A DNA stretch of 60,354 nt from an uncultured Acidobacteriota bacterium (GTDB lineage Bacteria; Acidobacteriota; Vicinamibacteria; Fen-336; JAGNNV01): assembly GCA_964396875.1 (NCBI GenBank), contig CAYNHK010000004.1:1-60354 (forward strand), given 5' to 3'. The position numbers and the translations under genes were made by a program. Below, piece by piece: positions 47,206 through 54,317 of the stretch. The notes under the pieces were generated by a model. The model saw nothing but the letters and a program-made list of their open reading frames with translations, had not been told where the DNA came from and did not search any database. Numbering within the stretch: the first letter of the stretch is position 1; each line of letters opens with the position of its first letter.

Positions 47206-49601
47206 CGGCGCACCTCCACCTTCGTCCGACCAAACCCCACGTTCTTGGCCAGATCGACGGCCTCGAAAACGACATCCTGCACTCCCGCCACGGAGGCGGG
47301 AAGCCGCACGCGGCCGGTGGAAGCGTTCGCGGCCTTGTCCCAGCGCAACGGCACCGGCGGCAGGTTGCCGACCCGAGCCGAGAGGAAGATGACGTCGTCA
47401 TCGGTGGACGCGGTCAGGACGATCTCATCGCCCACGCGCGCCAACTTCTGCACCTTCGGCGTCACCTGCGGGGCACGGCCATCGATCACGAAGGTTTTCG
47501 ACTCGGTCGCGGTGTAGCCACTTCGATCGCGCATCACGATCTGAACGCTGTAGCGCCCGTCCTTCAGCGACTCAGGAACCAGGAACCGTCCTTCAAAGAC
47601 ATTCGATTGGGGACGCTTCACGAGGGGCAGCTTCAAACCGAACGGGAAAAGAGCGGTCGCCATGACCGTGCCTTCATCACACTCGACGCGCAGCACAGGG
47701 TCACCGGGCTGGATACGTCGAGGGCGGAGGAGCGAGCGTGGCGCGGCAAGAAAGGCCGTGTAGGGAGTGACGAACTTGTAGCGGCGCGAGAGTTCGATGA
47801 TCTCGTCGACCCATTCGCGTTTCTCTCCCTCGGCTTCAATCCGACGGAGCAAATCATCGACCCGCGCGCGCGCCCAGCGTCTTGGAAGGTCGCGAGCCTC
47901 GAGGGCCTTCGCGGGCAGGGCGGCGGTGAGCGTGCTGGAATCGCGGGGCAGGATTCCCGAAGCAAGCGCGAAACGCACTTCGTTCGCAGGTCTTGAATAG
48001 CGGCCGATGAAACCGGACAGCGACTGAGCAGCAGGCGGCTGCACCAGCACGGGGTAGATATCCCTGAGGCCGGGATCGCCTGAGGTCACTCGGAGTGCGC
48101 CCTCGTTCAGTGCTGCGGACCTTGGCGCGGCCGACGCCCGGGCGGGGCCGAGGAGCCGGTCGAAGAAGAGGTCCGTCTCGGGCTCGGACGAGAGTGCGGT
48201 CACGACTCCCTCCGCGGCTCCACGCAACGCAGCGCCGACGTCAGGCGTCGCGACGCTGACATAAAGAGGCGTCCTCCTGCGCGCAGCATTGAGGTCGCTT
48301 GAGTTCGGCATCGCAACGCCATCAGTGAAAAGAACCAGCCGGCCCTTGTCTCCATCCCCGACGAGCTTTTGGGCCGCACGCAGGGCGTCGAGAATGTTGG
48401 TGCCCGGCGACAGCGCGCGATTGCGGAGCCGTTCGAGGGATGTGGTCTTCGCGAGATCGATGGCGTTCGCCATCGAAGGCGGCGCATCGACAGTGGAATC
48501 GAAAGGGACGAGGGCGAACTTGTCCGCGGGAGTCAGCGCGCCGAACAGCCGAACGAGGCGCTGATACGACATCTCGAGACCGGAAAAGCGATGCGACAAC
48601 GAAGTGTCGAAGAGCACGGCCACCGAAAGGGCGCCGCGTTTGGCCGATGTCGCCGGGTTGGCAGCGCCCGGCGTCGCGGGTGCGTTGACCGCAGGCGGAA
48701 GCACTTCCATCAGAAAGAAGCCGTCCTTCTCGAGGGGAATGTCTGCGGGCCGCTCCCAGGGGGCGAGGGCCAGGCCATCGGGCATCCGGCCGTCGGGATT
48801 GCGGAAGGCCGAGAGTTTGAGCGGCGTCTCATCGCGCAACTTGAAGCGAACGATCAGATCGCGATCGAGCTTCACGTTCGTGCCCTCGAAGGCAACACCG
48901 TCCGCCGAGGGCGTGAGAGGGAGGCCATTCGCGGTCGCTTCATGGACAAGTCCGTTCAGCCCGACCCGGATGCGAAGCGTGCGAGCCACGAGGGGCTCGC
49001 CGTCGATCGGCGCCAGGGCCATCCGGAACTCACCCTTGAGGCCAACGATGTTGACCTCCTGCTGAAACTGCAGTTCGAGCCGCTTGGTCGCCTTCGCGGG
49101 AATGGGAGCGACCTTCACCGAGAAGGGCGCGGACCCCGAGCGCGACGTCGGGGCCGGACCATCACCCGGCTCGCGGTCTTCCTCCTCGCCCTGCTGAAGA
49201 AGGCCGGGATCGATGCGTTGCGTGGTCAGCGCCTCGTAGATGGCCCGGGCCCGACGTTTCTCCAGAATCACGCCGGGAATGCGAACGAGACCATCCCACA
49301 CCGCGAAGTCGCCGATCGCCGCGGAAGGCGCAAGCGCGAAACGGTACGTGCCTTCCTGAATCTCGGCGGTGTGGTTCTCGAAGATCTGGCGCACGTTCAC
49401 GCGGGCGTAGCCGCGCGCGACAGACGCGTCGATCGTCATATCGCGCAGGGAGAGAACGGTCGCGTCCTGACGACCGGTGCTCGTGGGGACCAGGAGACCG
49501 GACTGGGCGCGCGCCGAACCGGCCGAAGCGATGAGCGCAGCGCCGAACAGCAGTCTTCCGACCTGCTGTTCTACGGCTGAACGTCGCGCTCGACCGACCA
49601 T
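47202..49601 (-). CDS. Exported VIT + von Willebrand factor A domain protein
   Basis: Signal peptide, then a VIT-like segment (VARGYARVNVRQIFENHTAEIQEGTYRFALAPSAAIGDFAVWDGLVRIPGVILEKRRARAIYE). The VWA domain has a complete MIDAS: DTSLS (aa 332-336, nt 48594-48608), GTN, FTDG. Beta-rich C-terminus. Confidence 0.85.
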   Translation of the reverse strand: MVGRARRSAVEQQVGRLLFGAALIASAGSARAQSGLLVPTSTGRQDATVLSLRDMTIDASVARGYARVNVRQIFENHTAEIQEGTYRFALAPSAAIGDFAVWDGLVRIPGVILEKRRARAIYEALTTQRIDPGLLQQGEEEDREPGDGPAPTSRSGSAPFSVKVAPIPAKATKRLELQFQQEVNIVGLKGEFRMALAPIDGEPLVARTLRIRVGLNGLVHEATANGLPLTPSADGVAFEGTNVKLDRDLIVRFKLRDETPLKLSAFRNPDGRMPDGLALAPWERPADIPLEKDGFFLMEVLPPAVNAPATPGAANPATSAKRGALSVAVLFDTSLSHRFSGLEMSYQRLVRLFGALTPADKFALVPFDSTVDAPPSMANAIDLAKTTSLERLRNRALSPGTNILDALRAAQKLVGDGDKGRLVLFTDGVAMPNSSDLNAARRRTPLYVSVATPDVGAALRGAAEGVVTALSSEPETDLFFDRLLGPARASAAPRSAALNEGALRVTSGDPGLRDIYPVLVQPPAAQSLSGFIGRYSRPANEVRFALASGILPRDSSTLTAALPAKALEARDLPRRWARARVDDLLRRIEAEGEKREWVDEIIELSRRYKFVTPYTAFLAAPRSLLRPRRIQPGDPVLRVECDEGTVMATALFPFGLKLPLVKRPQSNVFEGRFLVPESLKDGRYSVQIVMRDRSGYTATESKTFVIDGRAPQVTPKVQKLARVGDEIVLTASTDDDVIFLSARVGNLPPVPLRWDKAANASTGRVRLPASVAGVQDVVFEAVDLAKNVGFGRTKVEVRR

Positions 49602-51454
49602 CGTGTCAACCCCTCGTCCGTCCCGATGTAGAGAAAGCCGTCCTTCACGAAAAGCGCCGTCACGCGCGGCGACGGCAGCGATAGCTTAAGCCGTTCGAAC
49701 CGCGTTCCATCCATCGAAAGTCGGTAGAGACCCGTGCCGTCGGTTCCGGCGTAAACCCGACCGCTCGCGGACACCAGACAGCCGGTGTTGATCTTCAGAC
49801 CCTGGGTCTCAGCGAATGGTCGCCAGTCGCCAGGATCGGACATCGCGCCCACGCGCCGGGTGAGTCCGCCACCATAGGTGCCGATGAGAACACCGTCTTC
49901 CACAGGCAGGATCGCTGTGACCCACGGGTGAGGCAACCTGCCTTCTCCCGAAGCCACGCGCCATCGCACCTTCAGATCTTCGACGTAGCCGAGCCCCGAG
50001 GGAGTTCCTACGAGCAGACCCATCCCGACGGAAGCAAGGGCGGTGGCCTGATTTCCGGGAAGGCCGTGAAAGGCGGAGAGGAGCTTGCGCTCGGGCAGGA
50101 GCACACCTTCGCCGAAACCAATGGCGACGCCGCCGCGTGTCTGGGCGAGGGAGAACGCAGCTCCCGAGCCCTCGACCCGCATCACACGTGCCCCGTCGAA
50201 CCGGAAGGCGCCGCGCAGACTGGCGACATGGAGAGCGCCGCCGGCATCCAGCAGGCCATTCACGGCCCAGACCGCCGAGGCCGGATCGGGCAGAGATCGA
50301 AGCATCATGGGCTCTTCGGATCTGGCGAGAGCGCTGGCATCAGTCGATCGCGCCGCCGGGACAAGTTCGGCGAGACCGCCGTCGAAGAAGCCCGCGACGA
50401 TGCGCCCGCGATACTCGGTGAGGGCGCCGACATGAGCACTTCCAAAGCTCTCCTGCTGGCGTCGCCTCGAAGCCAATCGCCACGCGCCGTTCGCTCTCTC
50501 GACAAGGTCGTTCGAGGCATCCGCCATAAGTCGGTCCCCCACTGTGAAGACGCGTCTCACCTCAGCGGGAAGCCGCTCGACCTGAACGCGACCGGCGGCG
50601 TCGAAGCGCCGCACCGAGGTGTCGGGAGGATCGGATGTCGCGAAAAGCTGGTCGCCGAGAACCGCGATCGAACCCACGGCCGCGCCATTCGGCACGGCCC
50701 GCATCACCCCGTCCACATCCTCCGCGAAGAGACCGATGGGCGTGACCGCGTGGACTCGCCCATCGAAAACGGCGACGGCGTCGATCCAGGGCGTGTCGAG
50801 GCCCTCGATGCTTTTCGGCTTCGTTACACCTCCCTGAGTCACGAAAAGTCCCGTCTCCCCGCCGCTCAGCACGCGTCCGGCATCCGAGACCGCGATCGCA
50901 CGAATCGGAAACTGATGCAGCCGAGCCATCGTCCGCTCGGCGAAACCGATGCGGAACAGACCTTCCCGCGCGCCGATCCAGAGTTCGCCGGCAGGCGTCT
51001 CCGCCAGAGTTCGAACGTGCAGCGTCCCAAATCCGGTCCTGATCTCGGACCACGCGCCGTCCCGATAGACGAACAGGCCCTCCTGGCCCAGGCCCACCGC
51101 GAGGTCTCTCCGCCAGGCGGAGAGGGCGGTCGCCCGTCGAGTGGGCAGGGGCAGAGACATGTCGATAGGCGCGAGCCCGTTGTCGCTCGGATCGCGGGAT
51201 GTCTCCAGCCGCACGACGCCCGAAGCACCCGCCAGGTACAGCCCTTCCGGCAGTGCGACCACCGCCTCGACATCCTGGCCGCCCCAGAAAGGAAGCGGCG
51301 AACGCTCCGGCACGGGCACGAATTCGACGGGTTGCTCCCGGGCCGCAGGGGCCTCCAATGCCCTTTCCACACGCCGATTCAAGAAGAACCCGATAGCGGC
51401 CACGGACGTCAGGGCGATCGCGAATCCGATCCGCAAGAGTTTCCCGCGAGGCAT
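49571..51454 (-). CDS. Membrane-anchored beta-propeller protein (two-component-regulator-propeller/Reg_prop-like repeats), no output domain
   Basis: A single N-terminal TM (LLRIGFAIALTSVAAIGFFL) followed by repeated G.LW.G...GLF/GLY motifs (ELWIGAREGLFRI, LLVGTPSGLGYV, VLIGTYGGGLTR, FLYIGTDEGLTRW). The 3' end overlaps the next gene by 31 nt. Confidence 0.72.
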   Translation of the reverse strand: MPRGKLLRIGFAIALTSVAAIGFFLNRRVERALEAPAAREQPVEFVPVPERSPLPFWGGQDVEAVVALPEGLYLAGASGVVRLETSRDPSDNGLAPIDMSLPLPTRRATALSAWRRDLAVGLGQEGLFVYRDGAWSEIRTGFGTLHVRTLAETPAGELWIGAREGLFRIGFAERTMARLHQFPIRAIAVSDAGRVLSGGETGLFVTQGGVTKPKSIEGLDTPWIDAVAVFDGRVHAVTPIGLFAEDVDGVMRAVPNGAAVGSIAVLGDQLFATSDPPDTSVRRFDAAGRVQVERLPAEVRRVFTVGDRLMADASNDLVERANGAWRLASRRRQQESFGSAHVGALTEYRGRIVAGFFDGGLAELVPAARSTDASALARSEEPMMLRSLPDPASAVWAVNGLLDAGGALHVASLRGAFRFDGARVMRVEGSGAAFSLAQTRGGVAIGFGEGVLLPERKLLSAFHGLPGNQATALASVGMGLLVGTPSGLGYVEDLKVRWRVASGEGRLPHPWVTAILPVEDGVLIGTYGGGLTRRVGAMSDPGDWRPFAETQGLKINTGCLVSASGRVYAGTDGTGLYRLSMDGTRFERLKLSLPSPRVTALFVKDGFLYIGTDEGLTRWSVERDVQP

Positions 51455-51482
51455 GGGGGCGAGAGGGTAGCATCGCGCTCAC

Positions 51483-53345
51483 GTGAGCGAGCAGATCGCG
51501 CCCGACGCCAACCCGCAGACCTTCGGCCGCAGATTCGGCACGGGACTTCTCGCCGCCGTGGCTCTGACCGTCCTCTTCGCCTCACTCCTCGGCGTGGCCG
51601 GGCGCTTCCGACAGCCCATCATCGTGGACATCGGGCCATCGACAGGGCGATACGGCTCCGGCTTCGAAGACAGCGAGGAGACGCCGCCCACAACCTCGCG
51701 TTGGACTCGGCACAGCGCTGCGCTCGACATACCGCTGAATGTCGCCAGTGGCCCGGTGCGTTTCTCGGTTCGCGCGGCCCGCTACCTGGACGATCCGACG
51801 CTGGTGAGCGTGGCTGTGAATGGAAAAGCGTTCACATCGTTCGAGCAGCCGCGCGGCCGCCAGCGGATCCAGGAAATCGAAGCGCCGCTGCCCGAAGGAC
51901 CGCTCAACCTCGAACTCACCAGCGAGGACCCCAGACTCGGAATGGCGCTCGACTGGATCCGCGTCGACGGCGCCCGCTGGAGCGTTCCCGTTGGCGAATG
52001 GACAGTGTGGGTGGTCCCCGTCGGGATCTTCGGCGCGCTGCTGCTCGGCGGCGCCTCGCTTCCCCTTGCCGGAGGGGCGACGACGTTGTTCCTGGTGGGA
52101 CTCGCCGGCTTTGCGGCCATCGACCCGTTTGGTTTCGTCCACAGCATGCGGGATGTCGCCGCGCCGACGATCGGGTTCTCAATCCTCGCCGCCCTCATCT
52201 TCCGGGGCCAGACCGCGGCGGTTCTCGCCATCACCGCCACTCTGCTCGTCAAGGGCGCCTTCCTCTTCCACCCGAGCTACTTCTACAACGACGTCCGCCA
52301 GAACGATCGTTATGTCGGCGCCCTGCGCAGTTACGAGGGGTCATTGATGGAACGATCAAGGCAGGCTCAGGTCGACCTGGGCGTCGGCTATCCGCGGATT
52401 GTCGCCGGGAAGAAGTACGCCTTCCCCTACTCTCCCGTCTTCTACCTTCCCTTCACCGCGCTGCCTCCCGACCGCGACATCGTGGTGCGGGCGATCAAAC
52501 ACGTGGCGTTGTTCGCGACCGCCGCCGAGGTGGCGCTCGCGTTCGTGCTGGCCCGGCTCCTTGTGCCTTCCGCGGCCGTGGCGGCGGCCTGGTTCACTTT
52601 CGCCTTTCCGATACTCACCAGCCGCATGTTGTACGCGATGTGGTCGACCCTCGCCGGGCACGCCCTGGATCTGCTCGTCGTGGTCCTGGCCGTGCGGGCC
52701 ATCCAGCGGCCCAAAGACTGGGGAGCTGTCGCGATGGTCTTCGCCGCGACCCTGGCGACTTTCCTGACTTACGTTTCAAGTCTCTTCAACACCAGCGCCT
52801 TCCTCCTTGCTCTGGCGCTCCTGGCGGTTTCGATCCGGTGGCGCGTCGTCGCGTTGTGGCTCGTCGCGGCGGTCGTCGTTGTGTTCGGGATGTACGGAGA
52901 TTTCACGCTCGCGTTCGTGCGCGAGATCGTGCCCGCGGTTGTCTCGGGGTCCGGCCAGACCACGACGGCCGCGCCAAATCAAGCCGGTTCACCGCTCGAG
53001 GCCTTCGCGCGGATCGTCCTGTTCGCGGGTTACGGCTTCCCGCTGTTCGCGCTTGCCGGTCTCCTCCTCATCGCTCGTCGGCACGACCCGGCCGCGATCA
53101 TCATGAAGGCGTATGCCCTGGCCTTCGTTTCGCTGGTGCTCCTTCGCGCCCTCTCCTTCGGTCTCTTCAAAGACCTCAAGGAAATCGAGTTCGCGGGACC
53201 CGCTTTCGCGATCCTGGCCGCGGTGGCCGTGGATCGAATCGACTCGGGCCTGGGTCGCCGGTTTGTCGCCCTGGGTCTCATCGCCACCGGTGTGTGGATG
53301 CAGTTCGGGCACTTCGAGAGGTGGTCGAGGCTCGTTCTTGGATAG
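51483..53345 (+). CDS. Polytopic membrane protein (~14-16 TM) with an N-terminal periplasmic domain; possible GT-C-fold glycosyltransferase
   Basis: GTG start. One TM, then a ~130-aa soluble beta-rich segment, then a dense run of hydrophobic helices. The context (epimerase + polyprenyl-P GT2) fits a GT-C enzyme, but no diagnostic motif was recognised. Confidence 0.6.
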   Translation: MSEQIAPDANPQTFGRRFGTGLLAAVALTVLFASLLGVAGRFRQPIIVDIGPSTGRYGSGFEDSEETPPTTSRWTRHSAALDIPLNVASGPVRFSVRAARYLDDPTLVSVAVNGKAFTSFEQPRGRQRIQEIEAPLPEGPLNLELTSEDPRLGMALDWIRVDGARWSVPVGEWTVWVVPVGIFGALLLGGASLPLAGGATTLFLVGLAGFAAIDPFGFVHSMRDVAAPTIGFSILAALIFRGQTAAVLAITATLLVKGAFLFHPSYFYNDVRQNDRYVGALRSYEGSLMERSRQAQVDLGVGYPRIVAGKKYAFPYSPVFYLPFTALPPDRDIVVRAIKHVALFATAAEVALAFVLARLLVPSAAVAAAWFTFAFPILTSRMLYAMWSTLAGHALDLLVVVLAVRAIQRPKDWGAVAMVFAATLATFLTYVSSLFNTSAFLLALALLAVSIRWRVVALWLVAAVVVVFGMYGDFTLAFVREIVPAVVSGSGQTTTAAPNQAGSPLEAFARIVLFAGYGFPLFALAGLLLIARRHDPAAIIMKAYALAFVSLVLLRALSFGLFKDLKEIEFAGPAFAILAAVAVDRIDSGLGRRFVALGLIATGVWMQFGHFERWSRLVLG

Positions 53346-53357
53346 AGTTCCCCCGCC

Positions 53358-54317
53358 ATGCCCGCGGTTCACATCGAAAACGCCACATTCGCCGTCACCG
53401 GAGGCTGCGGCTTCATCGGCGCGACCGTCGTCCGGCAGCTCCTCGACCAGGGGGCGGGGCGGATCGTGGTTCTCGACTCCCTCAAGGCCGGTCGGCGCGA
53501 GCGGCTTCCCGATGATGCTCGTCTCGTGGTCGTCGAAACCACGCTCGGGGATGTTCCCGTGGAAACGCTGGCCCGGCAATTCAAGGGCATCGACGGCGTC
53601 TTCCACCTGGCGGCGGAAAAACACCGGCCTTCCCTCGACTCTCCTCGCGAACTCGTCCTCACCAACGTGCTCGGAACGAACGATGTCATCGAAGCTGCCA
53701 GGGTCGCGGGAATTCACAAGCTCGTCTTCTCGTCGTCGCTCTACGCCTACGGCCGGATGTCGGGCGCCCCGATGGTCGAAACCGAGCCGTGCCATCCGCA
53801 CACCCTTTACGGCACTACCAAACTCGCGGGCGAGAACCTGGTCGAGGCCGCGTATCGCCGCGGTGACTTCGCCACGGTCTCCCTGCGCTACTTCTTCGTA
53901 TACGGGCCGAGGCAGTACGTGGGCACGGGTTACAAGAGTGTGGTGGTCTCGAACTTCGAACGGCTGCGGCGGAACGAACCTCCGATCATCCACGGCGATG
54001 GCGAACAGGCGCTTGACTACTCCCACGTGGACGACATCGCAAGAGCGACCATCCTCGCCATGTCGCGCGAAGCGAACGGCAAGGTTCTGAACGTGGGCTC
54101 GGGTCGGGCGCTCTCTGTGAATGAGCTGACCGCTGCCATGATGGAGGCGGCAGGCGCGCGATTCGAGCCGATCTTCGACGAGGCCGACAACACGGCGGGC
54201 AGCTGCCGGGTGGCGAACACGGGTCACGCCGAGAGCATGCTCGGTTTCCGCTCCCACATCCCCCTCGAAGAAGGCCTCAGATCCACATGGGAGTGGATCC
54301 GCACGCAGCCTTCGTGA
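53358..54317 (+). CDS. NAD-dependent sugar epimerase/dehydratase (extended SDR)
   Basis: Rossmann motif TGGCGFIG and catalytic YGTTK. 319 aa. Confidence 0.9.
   Translation: MPAVHIENATFAVTGGCGFIGATVVRQLLDQGAGRIVVLDSLKAGRRERLPDDARLVVVETTLGDVPVETLARQFKGIDGVFHLAAEKHRPSLDSPRELVLTNVLGTNDVIEAARVAGIHKLVFSSSLYAYGRMSGAPMVETEPCHPHTLYGTTKLAGENLVEAAYRRGDFATVSLRYFFVYGPRQYVGTGYKSVVVSNFERLRRNEPPIIHGDGEQALDYSHVDDIARATILAMSREANGKVLNVGSGRALSVNELTAAMMEAAGARFEPIFDEADNTAGSCRVANTGHAESMLGFRSHIPLEEGLRSTWEWIRTQPS

Noticed and set aside
47202-47300. Possible sortase (LPXTG) or PEP-CTERM sorting signal at the C-terminus of the VIT-VWA protein
   Set aside because: The C-terminus reads ...AKNVGFGRTKVEVRR with no LPXTG, no PEP motif and no terminal hydrophobic helix.
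36095-51454. Interpreting the large operon as a Bat/MoxR-type aerotolerance (VWA+TPR) operon
   Set aside because: No MoxR AAA+ ATPase, DUF58 or BatD-like genes are present in or near the operon. The VWA protein carries a VIT domain and a signal peptide rather than the Bat TM architecture.
49928-53515. 1195-aa plus-strand ORF spanning the propeller gene and the polytopic membrane-protein gene
   Set aside because: The translation is extremely Arg/Gly/Pro/Ala-rich with no motifs. It lies antisense to, or out of frame with, two ORFs that have clear protein-like features. This is a typical high-GC shadow ORF.
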